A DNA stretch of 64,000 nt from Vicugna vicugna (lineage: Eukaryota), in NCBI GenBank assembly GCA_013265495.1, contig MU058645.1, forward strand, positions 684,001-748,000, written 5' to 3'. The position numbers were made by a program, and so were the translations under genes. The notes under the pieces were generated by a model. It saw only the letters and a program-made list of their open reading frames with translations, did not search any database and was not told the origin of the DNA. Positions 1-12,994 of this stretch are shown piece after piece (position 1 is the stretch's first letter; the number at the start of each line of letters is the position of its first letter).

Positions 1-47
1 GAATGCAACTTTGACAAGACCGCCCTGGGAGGCGAGATCCAGATTAC

Positions 48-73
48 CTGACACGTCTTGGTTGCAATAGGAG
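48..73 (-). other. Candidate 26-nt microexon of a minus-strand gene continuing off the left edge
   Basis: Minus strand reads tgtattttttttgccag|CTCCTATTGCAACCAAGACGTGTCAG|gtaatc: polypyrimidine tract plus CAG acceptor and CAG|GTAATC donor. No stop codon in any frame. Host gene not recognised. Confidence 0.5.
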
Positions 74-1942
74 CTGGCAAAAAAAATACACCCTGTTGAA
101 TGGATTATAGCTTTATGCTGTTTAAACACATAACAAACTATTATTGCACATTCCTATTTTTAATTAAAAATAACATTCATTGCTTTCTCATTACTATAGC
201 AATGTATAGTTGAGAAAATAAAGATAAGCAAAATTTCTTTAAAAACTTTGAAAGCGTCCAATATCTCATTGCACATAGCTGGATCCTGAGAATGCCTCAT
301 GTGCATTTGTTTCCAAACCGCTCTCCGCCGAGATATATTCATCCATTTTTCACACAGATAGACTCAGATTGTCATACATCTTTGTACCTCCTTCTTTTAA
401 TTATATGTCACAAACCAATTTCCATGCCATAAAAAAATTCTGGTAGACTATCATTTTAACAGTCAGTCATCTTGCTATCATTTAATGGTGATGCATTTTA
501 TTTCATTCTTTTTCTATTACAAGGTGATGTTTCTTCTTTAATTTCAATAAACTGTCAGTTATTTTTTCAAATACCTTTTTTGGTTTTGTGGATTCAGTGT
601 ACATGTTGGGTAACTGATGTGAGCTCAGCTCTGGGAAACGTGAGTGAACAGAGCAGGCGGGGCTCACCCTGTGGAACTGGAGTCTGAAGGAAGAGGCACA
701 CGTGGAGCGTCACCTGCGTGCCTGCTGTCTGAAGGTAATCTCTAGGGCATTTTTGCATCCCTTTCCGGAGTATCACGTGTCTATGTTTACATACAAATAT
801 AAGCTGCTCATTATTTTTCTAATAAAATGAGATCGTCTAGATCATTCTATATAGTAAACATTCTGCTTACTGTATTGTTAATATGTTTCTCTATTGCTAA
901 GTAGAGAGTTAATGAATCAAGAAATTTCCATGCTAAGTTTATTAATTTATTACAAATTATTACAAAGCAATAAAATATGGATATAAAAATGTACTTAAGT
1001 GGACCATGATTAATGAACAGTAACCATGTTTCCTTTTTTGTATAAATAAGACCTTCATAACCACTGCTTAGATCGATGTAAATGAGTGAAAAACAAAAGT
1101 TACTCACCGCTGGATTTCAACACGTAGTATTTTTGTTTCTTACAACATTCACACTGATAACTGTTTTCTCCTATAAACAAATTCATGAAATCACTTTCAT
1201 TTTATTTCTCAAGCTTTATACCATGACTCTTTATGGGTCCAAAGAACTGAAATTCCAATGTTTCTTTTTTTTTTTTTGAGTTCCAGCTCCTTTTTCTTTT
1301 CCAGTATGTTTCTAGATGTCAGCTTCTATATAGAACAAATTTCACCATCATTAAGAGGAGTTATCAATTTCGCTAGCAAATGGCACCATTGGATTTGCCA
1401 GTTCCCCTACTACAAAATGTGTTGGGGAACTGCCAGATCTGGATGATAAAGTGGATGAGCTTATGTGTTGTCCAGATAATTCCAGAATAACTTCTTGGCA
1501 GTTTTTCCAGAATTACTAGATAACTGGCTTAATCCTCAACATGCGTCTGGCTTTGGAAAGTGACATCAGGCTAGAAGATAGGAGATAATGACTTCATTAG
1601 GTTTATTGAATGTTTGAGGGACTTGAAAAGATGTCTGTAAAAATGACCAACACAGTGCAACTGTTAACCACGGGTTAAAAACAGAGTGTTCAGCCAACCT
1701 CTTTCAACACAGCAGTAACCTAAATTGCTGTTTTCAAAAGCCAGTGCCTTTCCCTGCTAAACCCAATAGCTGTCACATGATTAATGCGCTAGTGTCTTAT
1801 TAACTGCTCTGCTACAGAAGCTGTCCAATTCACAGCCACCCTCGTGGCGAGACCTTTTTGTAAAAACCTAGTGGAAATCACGCTGTTCTGACTGCAGGCT
1901 ACTGCACCTTCCTGCAAAACATCATAAAGAGCAAAGAATTAC

Positions 1943-2200
1943 TGTTTCCCGTAATCCAGGCCATAAATCACCCTAGTCTGGGGATGGAAAAAAATCACAG
2001 CACTTCCCGCATTCATATTCAAAAGCCTATCTGTGTAACAGCATATTCCAGGAAACGGCGGAGGACCTGTGGGTGCCTCTGTGTGTATGTGTGTGTGCGC
2101 GTGTGAGTGTGTTTGCGCACTGAGGGGGAGTGAGAGGAAAGGGAAGATATGGGGACGTGGAGGACAAAAGAAGCCTCGGCACCAGTTAAATAATTCCAGA
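1943..2200 (-). promoter_or_regulatory. Candidate alternative first exon/promoter of the minus-strand gene
   Basis: ACA|GTAATT donor at 1943/1942, ATG at 1964, (TG)n tract at 2080-2120 and a partial HNF1-like GTTAAATAATT near 2185. Non-repetitive context. The donor is only moderate. Confidence 0.3.
2080..2120. repeat. Imperfect (TG)n / alternating purine-pyrimidine tract
   Basis: gtgtgtatgtgtgtgtgcgcgtgtgagtgtgtttgcgcac. Confidence 0.9.
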
Positions 2201-2760
2201 GGCTTTGATATTATCATCTTTCCTTGCTGTAACAATATTTTAAGATTGTTAAAAATTGCTGCCTTATCTGTGGGGCGCTATCCCCCACTGCTTAACTTAT
2301 CTGGGCTCAGCTGTTTGAGAAAAATGCAATGTGGCATGACCTTGATTTCTTAGCACCTGACCTTAATATCTAATCGGCTGTATGTCTCAGTGAAGCCATC
2401 CAGAGATGTCACCCTGGCCCCCTCTGGCATCCAGCGATTCAAAGGATGTTTACTTCATCTCCTCTCTGAGAGACGCTTCAGCCCTTCTCAGCAGCCCCGC
2501 CCTTCCGATCTGTGTGCTGGCTCCTTCAGGGGTGACGGGGTCCTTTCAAATCTTGGATGCCTTTTCAGTTGAAAATAATTTGGATGCCTTGAGGTCAGTC
2601 GTAAAAAATGATCTGAGTCCATTCTGAGACTTCTGAAGGCATGACTCAATTTGGATATAGAAAAACATTAACCACTCGTGGCTGCTGCCCTGTTTATAAA
2701 ATGCAAACCTTTCCCCTCCTGAAACAGCCAGTTTGAAAGGCATACGATGCAAAGTAGTGA

Positions 2761-2853
2761 GTACACACACGTGTGCATGTGCACACACGAGAACACACAT
2801 GCACACACATTCACACATGTGCACACGTACACGCACACACCCAGGCACACACA
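2761..2853. repeat. Degenerate (CA)n microsatellite
   Basis: gtacacacacgtgtgcatgtgcacacac...cacacacccaggcacacacac. Confidence 0.9.
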
Positions 2854-4949
2854 CTCATGGCCTCGAAATGGTAATTTTAAAGAAATTTTTTCAGAAACGT
2901 CCCAATGTGGCTTAGTGGTCCCACACTGAAGTGAATTCTTAAGATTCTGGAATGATATAAAGACATGCTGGGGTTCTTAAAGTACCGTTATATTAAAAGT
3001 GGCACAAAAGGACCTGGATTTTTTTTCTCTCTTGGCAACTTTGGAGTCACATTTGCTTTGTTGACAAAGCAGTAGAGCCTCTCGCCAGCCAGGCAGGCTC
3101 GACCTGGGCCCTGGAAATCAAGCTGTTATCTCTCTGGTTCTGACACTGTCACCAAGAAGAAGTGTTCTGCCATCAGGACACCGGGGCCGCCCACAGCTCA
3201 GACCCAGGCAAGAAGCTGCCCTGATGAGTCTCTTTTCCTGTTACCATTTGCATTAATTCACATCACACAGAACCTGCGTGGATTCTTTCTTGACGCTGCT
3301 CATTTCCTGCATAATAGGTTGTCATGTTGCCTCTGAACTTGAGGGAGCATCTAAGGGCAGAGCCAAGGCCCCATCAGCCCCTCTCACCTGCTGGTCTCCC
3401 CCTGAAGCTGGGATCAGAGGGCAACACCTGTGTCTGTCCTAGTAAAGGGCTCTCTGGACCCGAGTCCCTCCTCCACCTTCAGGGCCGGGCCCCAGGCCGC
3501 ATAGCTCTCTCCAGGCCTCCAAGGTCTGCTGTTGGCTCTGCGTCTCTGGTGCTGCCATGCTGCGGATGGGGAGACCCTGGGCTCCTGCGGCTGCACCAGC
3601 CTCCCCAGGGAGGGCATTCCCGGGGTGAGGCTTCTGCGAGCTGCAGGGCTCCCAGCCCCTGGCTGGGTGCTACTGCCCTGCCCACCGGGCCGCTTAGGCA
3701 CCGACTCCCTGTGCTTTTCCTGATGCTCCTGTGGCTCCAGAAAGCTTTGCACAGGTTTCTATCAGCCCCGAACCGGGTTTCCCCGCACAACCCGCACGTC
3801 AGGCTCCACCGAGGTGGCCCTGGAGGCCACATGGAATGCTGACCTGCTGCTCCGAGCACCCGAGGGCCAGCTGGGGGAGACAAACTCAGTGAGACCATTG
3901 CACTGAACACCTTGGCTTTACAGGAGCCTCCAGTTTCTTAAAACTGACGTAGCCTGGCTGCTCGCAGAGTCCAATCTTCACATTTCAACCCCAGTCAGTG
4001 CCCCTCGCCCACAAAAGGACCCTGACGCTTGTCCCTTGCTGGTTGTGTTGGGTGTCAGTTTCCGAGAGTTTCCACTCATCTGCAGTTTGAGGCTTGGTTT
4101 TTCATTGAACTTGCCCTCCATCCAGAATTTTTTTCCCAGGTTCCCACTCACACTTTCCCCTGGAAACCAACGTCCCCTCCCCAGTGATGGAGCCAAGACC
4201 CAGCTGGGTCGGAGGACTGTGTTCACACTGAAACTTTAGTCACGGAAGGTTTTTAATGGGCTTGGAGGCTGGTCTTCAAAACTCTTCTAAGGTATGACAG
4301 GGCCTCTGGATCTGAGGAGGGAAACAGGTCTGCCGCCCCCGCCAGGCCCCTCAGATGCTCCAGGCCAGCACCCTCTGCAGGGCCGCCAGCCCCTGAGGCC
4401 AGGCGGGGAGGCTCAGGCCCGATAACCCTGGATGGAGAGAGAAATGCGCTGCCCAAGCCCGGCGCTCACACACGACAGCTCTCACCCGGGCAGAGAGAGC
4501 ACACCCGGCAGAGCAGCCAATTGTCCGCAAGCCTGGCAGCGCCCAGCAGGCGCCGGCACATTCGTCCAGAGGAACGGGACATGGAATCAAGTGGGACATG
4601 ATCCAAGGGGAACCTTCAAAATAGATGCCGACTGCAAGGCCACAGGCGTCAAAGTGCAGGAGGAAGAGGGCCAGCTCACCGGAAGGGTGGGGCCAGGGCC
4701 CCCCGTGGGAGCGAACTCAGGCCCAGAGACGGCCGCCCCACAGGCCGGGCCACGGGGGAGGGTCCGAACTGAGCCTCGCATCCCGCAGGACCACGTGGGC
4801 AGAGGCCTGTGGCTGCGCCAGGAGCTGGCTGTCCTGCTGGGACTTTGTGCTAACCTCCCACTCCGGCCGGTCACGGGGTGTCACATGCGCTGTAATGAGA
4901 TTTGGGAAATGCGTCCAGGGAGGAGGAAACAGTGTAATTAAGGTAACCT

Positions 4950-5520
4950 ATCGCACGGCCAACCTCGTCCGCTAGAAAGGAGCCCAAGGGCCCGGCACGC
5001 GGTTCCGCACACCGCCCGCCCTCCGAGGACGGAGGCGCCGGCCCGAGCTGGGAGCGCCCCCGAGCCGCCGTGTCGGGCCGCCCCCTTCCCACACCAGAGC
5101 CAGTCCGGCCGGGCTGGCCGCCGAGCGCCCCCGGCTGGCCGCGCGCCGGCCAGGCGGGCTGCGCTCCTGCCTCCGGATTGCGAGCAGCTTGCACGGGAAG
5201 GAAGGTTCATCATGCCCCAGGCGGTGGGGCAGGGAAGGTCTTGTTAAGCAGTCAGACTGACAGACGACGAAGGGCTTCTGACGCTGACCCGACCGAGGCG
5301 AGCTTTGGCTACAGCAAGGCCCTCCCAGTTTCAGAGTCTCAGGCGCCCAAGGACGTGCGGTCCACACCAGGGGGCTCGCCGGTGACCTCGTTTCTGAGAG
5401 CAGGAGAGGAGGAACCGAGTAACCGAAGTCAGCCTCGGCCTGCGCTCTGCCTCCCTGTGACCTGAGCCCCGGGCTTCAGCCCTCACGGGCGGCGCCTGGG
5501 CGCAAACCCCAGGTCCTCCT
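4950..5520. promoter_or_regulatory. CpG island, likely promoter or enhancer
   Basis: Very GC-rich with dense CpG (ccgcccgccc, ggcgccggcccg, gccgcgcgccggcc), against CpG-depleted flanks. Confidence 0.8.
5123..5141 (-). promoter_or_regulatory. CTCF-like motif in the CpG island
   Basis: Minus strand CGGCCAGCCGGGGGCGCTC versus consensus TGGCCASYAGGGGGCGCTA; one core mismatch. Confidence 0.45.
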
Positions 5521-5619
5521 CACCTGAGCGCTGCTCTACGGTCAGGTTACTTAGTCGCTCTGTGGTAAGTAACTAAGCTGGTCCAGGCCTTTTCCCACTT
5601 CCCTGGCGAGGGCCCCCTC

Positions 5620-5710
5620 TCGCTGACTCTGGGCTCAGTCACGGGGTGGGGTTGGCCAGTGTCACAATAAGAAGAGTGACACAGCTGAGACCTGAGAAGC
5701 CCCATCTCTC
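5620..5710 (-). mobile_element. MIR SINE fragment
   Basis: ctgggctcag...ttggccagtgtcacaataagaagagtgacacagctgagacctga resembles the antisense MIR core. Confidence 0.5.
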
Positions 5711-5966
5711 GCAGCCCTGTGTCCCTCCTGCCACCTGGCTGGAAGACGCAGACAAGGCCCGGTCCCCCTTGCCACCCGTCCGCCCAGGACAAGCGCAGGC
5801 TGCAGGAAACAGCTCAGCCAGAGCCGGCAGGCTGGGCCGCCGAGGCACGCTCAGCCGCTGGCCCCGGTTTGAAGCTGAACCCCCTTTGGGGAGGTTTGTG
5901 ATACATTAACCCGTAACTGACACACCTCCCGGGCCTGTGTCTTCATTGATAAAATTGGGACCATGA

Positions 5967-7130
5967 AAGTAGTCACCACCCCCTCGTCCACGGTTCCCAC
6001 TTCTATGGTTTCAGTTACCAGTAGTCAATTGGGGCCCAAAAATACTAAACGAAAAATTCCAGAAATGAATAATTTATAAGCTTTAAATTGTGCACCTTTC
6101 TGAGCAGCCTGATGAAATCTTGCGCCCTCAGCGCCGTCCTGCCCAGGGTGTAAATTGTCCCTTTGTCCAGCGTGTCTGGTTTGTCAGTCACTTAGCCCTC
6201 ATCAGATTGTCTGTCACGGTATCCCGGCATCTCAGTGCTGGTGTTGGAATAACCTTTATTTTACTTAATAAAGGCCCCAAAGCGTGCCAGAGGAGTAAGG
6301 CTGGCAATTCCGAGAGGCCAAAGAGAAGCTGCAAAGTGCCTCCTTTAAGGGAAAAGGTGAAGGTCTTCAGCAGCAATGTGGATGGACCTGGAGACCCTGC
6401 TCAGTGAAGTAAGGCAGACAAAGACAAATGTCGTAAGATGTCATTTATATGTGGGATCTAGAATATGATAGAAATGAACTCATTTATAAAAGAGAAGCAG
6501 ACTCACAGACGTAGAAAACAGACTTACGGTCACCAAAGGGGAGCGGGCGTGGAGGAGGGCTCCACTGGGAGCTGGGGTTAGCAGCTACGCACTGCGGCAC
6601 ATGAAACAGACAGACAACAAGGTCTCACTGCAGAGCACAGGGAACTATATTCAGTATCCTGTGATAAACCGTAATGGAAAAGGGAAAAGAAGGAAAGGTG
6701 AAAGTTCTCAGCTTCGTAAGGAAAGAAAAAAACATCATGCGCTGAGGTTGCTAAGAAGGGTCTGTGGTAAGAATGGATCTTCTGTCCATGGAATTGGGAC
6801 GAAGGGAAAAGAAACCCGTGTTAGTTTCGCTGTCGCACCTCAAACTAAAGGGACGACCACAGAGCATGGTAAGTGCTTAGTCAAGACGGAAAAGGCATTG
6901 TTAAAGTTGTACGAAAAGATATCTTGAGGGAGACTATGTTTACATAACTTTTGTTGACATATTGTTGACTGTTCTATTTCATTATTAGATCCGGCTGATC
7001 TCTTACTGCGCCTAACTTAGAAATTAAGCCATCATAGGTATATCTGCAGAGAGAAGACATGGCGTGTATGCAGTTCGGTACGGTCCACAGTCTTGGGGTC
7101 TTGAACGGGGTACCCCGGATGGGGGCCTTA
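5967..7130 (+). mobile_element. MER44 (Tigger7-derived, TcMar-Tigger) DNA transposon, interrupted by an L1 fragment
   Basis: Begins agtagtc..ccc..tccacggtt...ggtttcagttacc; internal gctgaggttgctaag...tttcgctgtcgcacctcaaact; ends ggggtcttgaac...ccccggatggggg, matching the recalled MER44 consensus. Confidence 0.85.
6369..6692 (+). mobile_element. 5'-truncated L1 3'UTR fragment inserted in MER44
   Basis: tggatggacctggaga...cagactcacagacgtagaaaac...gcacagggaactatattcagtatcctgtgataaac; degenerate direct repeat aaaggtgaa(g/a)gt..tcagc at 6353-6371 and 6694-6712. Confidence 0.9.
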
Positions 7131-10100
7131 CCCTCAGAGTGTGGTTGTGACAATTAAGGGGGGTACAGCTTACCAGTGTCGGCTGTTACTGATAACATGC
7201 ATTGCTTCTATCACTGGTTTAAAAAGAAAGAGTAACTACCCTTCTTCTAAATTTTCAACTTTTAAAAACAACGTACTGGCACTCAAGAAATACCAGCTAT
7301 AACATTTGAAAATTTTGTCAGGGTGAAGAAACGGCAGGGAGAACTTTCAACATCATTTCCTCCCTCCTCTCACCTCCAGCGACAGCACAATGATCTCCCG
7401 GCACCCGGGGCGAGCGCCTGGGGCAAGCTGTACACGTCTCCAAGGTGGAAGCTCAGCTGTAGGAAAGTCTGATGTTCTTTTCTGGTGAGTCAGGTTCCCT
7501 GAAATACAGACGCCCCTCCAATAAGCCGCCGACGGCGGAGGCCACCGGCAACTCGCGTCCATCGCCCACTCCCCAGCCCTAGCAGGCTGGACGGACCGAA
7601 CATTTATCTGGACGAGATGGTCCACAGACAAAGCCTGGAGAAGGAGCTGCTCTCTGGGCTAATGAACGAACAACACCGCAGAGGCAGCTGAAGGGCCCCT
7701 AAAAACCAGGGAAGAGAAACGCTCCAGCCAAGGGGTGCTCATGTATTTATACTCTGGGCCCTTGAGTGTAGGATGGGGACCATGCGCTGCCCCTCCACTC
7801 AAGGCCCACAAGGCCTCCACTCTGTGTTCCAGACGACTCTGGGGACAGCAGGAAGGAGAAGGAGAGAAAGCGTGCTTCCCTTCAGGGCCTCCTGTGCACC
7901 CGAGCGCGTCACAGGTTGTCAGGAGAGAGATCAGGGAGGTGGCATTAGTCCCGGCATCGGTGTGAGGCAGGGTTTGACTCCAAAGTCAGGATTGTCTCTG
8001 CTCTTCCCTGCTAGTCAGAAAGACAAGCTAGAAAGAGCTGAGAGTAAGGGATGGGAGAAACAGCGGCGAACACGGGCCTCTGAACATGGGCCTTTACTGC
8101 CTGCGGGCGGGCGGAGGCGATGGGGAGGGTGGGGAGGGGAAAGAGTTTGGACCAAAAGAGGCAGAAGACCCAGCTCAGTCCCGGGCCTTCCCCGAGAACC
8201 CCGAGGAAACAGAACCTAAACCAGGATGACAAAGAACTGACACAGTTGTCGGGGTGGAGCTTAGGCTGCGGGGATTATCTTTTTGGTATTAAAAGAAGCT
8301 GATAAATTTCCACCCCCTTCCCCCCGTGAGGATTATTACAAAAGCCATTGGTAAGACCTGCTATTTTACAGAAAAGCAGGCTTTTGAACATGTTAGGCTA
8401 AATCTCCTGAGTGTGTGACTAGGGCTTCTGTTGGAATGACATTCTTTATTCATTCAGGAAGCATTTACTAAACACTTGCTAAGAATAGTGCACCACATGG
8501 GGGGGTGGGAGGGGGACGCCAGAAAAACTCCAAACCGTGCCTCCAAGGTCTTTGCAAGAGGGGAAGAGAGGAGCACAGAGCGAGCACCACTGAATACACA
8601 AGTCAGGAGAGCAGACCTGGGGCCTCTGAGAAGATGAGGAGGGAGGCGTGGGGCTTCCTGTGGGAGGTGGACCTGGGAAGGGCTGGGATGGAGCTGGGAG
8701 TCCCCGGCTGAGAACAAGATGTCCTGTTCCCAGGTCAGGTGGGGCCGGGCCACTGGAGTCTTACGTGACAGCTGAGTGGTGAGGCTTTATCGGGAAGCAG
8801 TGGGGAGAGGCTGACAACCTCAGTGTCCCTCCACAGAGAAAGCCCCAGGTACCTGCCAGGGTGTCTGACCCCACTGCAGCACACAGGTGAGAGGAATTAG
8901 GCTGAGGGATGACAAAGAGCACTGCCACTTGCATTGCTTTTCCTTGTTTCAGAATAAAAATCCTTTTTAGGAAATCCAGTGCCCGGTCTCTTCAGAGTCC
9001 AGGTCATTTGGAATTAGAGGAGCTGGATTTAGCAAATAGAAGCAGGATGCCAGTTAACTCCAAACTTCAGGTAGACGGTGAACACTTGTTTAGTGGAAGT
9101 GTATCCCAAGTATTCACCAGAAGAGTCTGAGTTTTGTCTGGAATCCCTGCATGGAAGGAGCGGGGAGGAACCAGGCATCGTTCTAGGACTCATGGAACTA
9201 GCTGCCTATGAACAAGGGCACCGAGCACAGAGAGGCCATCAGGGCCAGGGTGGGCACACAGCAGCTGTGGGCCTGAAAATGATTTTATGCTCTTTCTCAT
9301 ACCCATCACGTTTAGAGGGACCAGAAGCTTTCTACTTGAAGGACTGGAATACACTGTCAGAGCAAAGAATGTTTCTGTAATGGCAAGAAGCAATTATCTG
9401 ACAAATGTTATGCATCTGATTTAAATCCAGGTATTTGTATACGTCATTTTCTAAAGGGAGAAACACACAGAAGGAAGGCTTTCTGAAGCGTCAGGATGCA
9501 AAGCCCTGGAGGAGGTTCCAGGTAGTTGTTGGAAAGTCCTGGCAGCCCCCGCCTGGAAGCTCCGGGGGAATCCTGGGTGCAGAAGGACAGAGCGCACTTT
9601 CCTCTCCAGCCCAAGCATTCTGAGGAGGGAGGCGGAAGCAGCGTCTTCTGACCCCGAAGCATCAGGGTTAGAGCAGCGCTTACTGCTGACTTCAGGCCGC
9701 AGCACTGAGACGGAAAATCGCAGACTGAAGAATTACCTTTCTCTTGCTCGTGGATAAAGCAGCTCTCTTCCTAAAGCCGAGAACCATTACGGAATGAACG
9801 TGCACAATGGAGACAATCCAGGAAACACTGTGTGGCCCTAATAATTCTGACCGCTTTGTGCCACGTTTTGCAGTGGCCTCAATTAAACGGTAGAGAATCC
9901 ATGTGACACGGCGCTCCTGAGAACAAGACGGAAGCTCTGCCGAGGACCCGTATTCCCCGGGGGAAGCCTTGGGGCGCTCTCTTCTAGAAGCTAAGATCAG
10001 AAGGACACTTGGGTTCTGAACTAAGAACTGTTACCTGGGTTTCAGTGTTTCAGGTGACACAGTAGCCAGTAACAGGGCTCAGAGAAACCAGAGGATCTGG

Positions 10101-12994
10101 ATTAGACAAGAACACTCATTTACTAAGATGTAATCTACACAATTAGAACCCTGTCAATATCACAAACTGGAAATCCAGCAAAATTTAAAATTTCTCATGA
10201 GATGTTATGTTTTCTAGTGAATAGCCTTGCTCAGTCACACCTGACAAAGTGATATGCATCCGGACACGATCCCAGAGGAGTATTTTTAAATTAAGAAATT
10301 TTAAGAGAAAACCAGGTAATCCTAATAAAAATAAGATGCTTCCCTTTGGAAACACTCTCTGATTTTATGGGAGGGGTTTGGTTTCATAATGCCTATAGAA
10401 GACTAGTTCACTTTTTTCCCATATAGAATCAATACCTCATTTGCCCACAACTCTTAAATTAAGTCTTATTTTTAAAAACAGTTAAATTGTGCCCATTGTT
10501 AAAACAAAGCATGTGATAGTCTCTATAAACATGAACAAACCTAGGTCTAAACAAAGATATTAATAAGACTAGCACAAACATTGAGCAAAGACTCAAGAGG
10601 AATTAGCCTTGAGATGAATTTCTTAAAGAAAATCACTGAGTGCAAAGCACTATGTCTCTCGGCACTGAAAACAACAATAAAAAATATTGATAAGAAGCAA
10701 TCTTCAGTTTTAGGTACGATGGTAAAATTAGGATAAAACTGAAGTAAGATTCTTCAAGACAGAACTCTTAGAGAAAATGAGAGGAACCTCAGTGGATCCC
10801 CTACACTGATATTCTATGAAACACTTCCAAAAATACTAATAAAAGTTTCACAGCATCAAGGTCCATGGCCCAACAGGTTTAGGGAACACCCTGTGCGTTG
10901 TTTGAAATAGTCTTTTCATGTTAAAGGCTCTGAGAAATTCTGCGACAAAGAATCACGTTTAAGTGCCTTTAATGCACCATTTTCAAAACTTTCTTGAAGA
11001 TAGGACACCACTCCTCCCCACAAACCTACCAACAGCCTAAAGAGTGATTTCTCAGGAAAGACTAGTTTGAGAAACAGTCCATGATTTAAAGAGATCGAGA
11101 CTTTAGAGGTTGCTTTTATCACCCAAACTTTCAAAAGGAAATGAAGAGCTATTGAAAAAAGTTTGTTAAGATTACACAGACCCCGCTGTTAGCCTCCGGG
11201 GCTCCCAGCTCTTGGGAGAGGCCCTCCCGTTTCCACTGGAAATGCGGAACGCAGGACCTCCAGCAGGGGGCCCTGTGCGCCAGGGCTGACCCTGCAGGGC
11301 TTGAAGGCGGGTCAAGGTTAAGATGCCTCAACAACTAACAAGCTAGAAATGTCATCTGGCCTCTTAGGACACGGCGTTACAAAAGTATGGTCATGGTTCA
11401 GGAATGCGGCCACGAGAGAAATCCGTGCTCAGAATTTTATTATTAGGTTCTATCATGTGTACATTTTCAAAGATAGCTAAGAGAGCTCAAAGAGGAAGAA
11501 GAAAAAAAGGCAAGCAGTATTTTTATAAAATAATAATCAAATTAAGACTTACACTGAAAAAACATGAAAAGGACTTAAAAGTTTCCCTACATGGTTGGCA
11601 ACTCAGGGATGCCCATTTTCTGTCAAGAATAGCTTAGGAAAACAACAACAAAAAGAGTTAAGAATAAAATCGAAAATAAATGGCAATTAAGTTGCTCCTG
11701 AGATGAAGGACCAAGACAATCCTTCCAAAACAGTCTCCCTGAAGGAAGGAAGCTCATTGTTTTGGTGAAACGCACAGCCACCATCTGCATGATTTTCTCT
11801 TTGACCCCTTTTCCCATGTCTCCCTCCACACCCTCCCCCTCAAAAGGGTTTAAATACTTATAAATTGGGTTGTAAAGAGATAAAAATACTGGATTCAAAG
11901 TGAAAGGTGCACCACCTTCACTAAAATAGTTGGAAAGAGGTCAGAAAAGTCGCCAGACAAGAGGCTCAAAGGCGCAAAGCAGACCTACTGGGCACCCACA
12001 GCATTTCACTCTTGTTCTGGTTGCAGGGGGGGGGTGGCTGCTCGGAGGGGCACCTCTTCCCGCTGGGAAAGAATCTGCAGCAAGACAGGTGCAAGCGGCT
12101 AATAAATGATGGCATTTGCAGGAGCGGGGAGCAATTTATTCCCTCCCAAGCCTCAGGAGACTTTGGATGTAATACACCCGCGCACGTACACACGAAGCGT
12201 TTCACCAGTAAGACAGTCATTTATTGAAATGCCGTTCGAACTATCTCTATAAATAAACTCTATACGAAACAAGTGGACTGCACTCTAATTTTCCCGTAAT
12301 CATGGTTAGAGGATTCTGAGACCGTGATTACCATTATCCTATGTTTTGATCTCATTAAAAGCCAGTGTTACGTAAAGACGCTATTTCCACATACTCTGTA
12401 CTTTCACATACTTTTAACTTTGCCCCAGGAAAGTGACTTTTGGAATGCGTGCAAGGTGTACACTGTAAACTGTGTGTGGGGTACAGATCTGAGGTAAATA
12501 TGATATCGTGTAAGTAAGTAGTCCCAAACATTTTCCAGCAAAGGGAACTTTCCCTTAGGTGAGTTCTCAGTTCGGTCTTCCCACTGGGAAATGTGACTGC
12601 AGGGGAGAGTTCCATCGCCCTGGGCATTCCTCACCCAAGCAGGCTCTCCAGGACACACGTCGGCTATTTCTAGCAGCCAGCAGTGAGGACCTGGGTGGAA
12701 TAACACAGCCCTGCTAAAGGAGGAGACAGGACCGCAGAGCTCACCAGAAGCTCATGCCTGCCGCTCCCGAGCCCAGAGCCCACGAGACCCAGCACGGAGG
12801 GCTTGGGAGACTCAGCGTGACTCTCTGTCACTTAAGTCAGAGTCCATGGCAACTAGAAGCAAAAAGCCAATTGTTCCATAGAATTGGACCATCACAGAGT
12901 TTTCAGACAGAAAGTGTCCTAAATAGCAATTAGAAACACATATTTTGGCAAATACCTAACAGCTAATTCAGGGAAGAAAGCTATGATGTATAGA

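Larger units (their letters stand above)
5890..7190 (+). mobile_element. MIR SINE split by MER44 (pieces about 5890-5966 and 7131-7190)
   Basis: cctgtgtcttcattgataaaattgggac on the left continues as ccctcagagtgtggttgtgacaattaa on the right, in MIR consensus order. Confidence 0.55.

Noticed and set aside
150..1050. AT-rich block, possibly ancient antisense L1ME
   Set aside because: Too diverged to assign family or boundaries by eye.
3324..5909. Many overlapping 100-170-aa ORFs
   Set aside because: Expected from stop-codon scarcity in GC-rich DNA; they occur on both strands with Pro/Arg/Gly/Ala bias and no domains.
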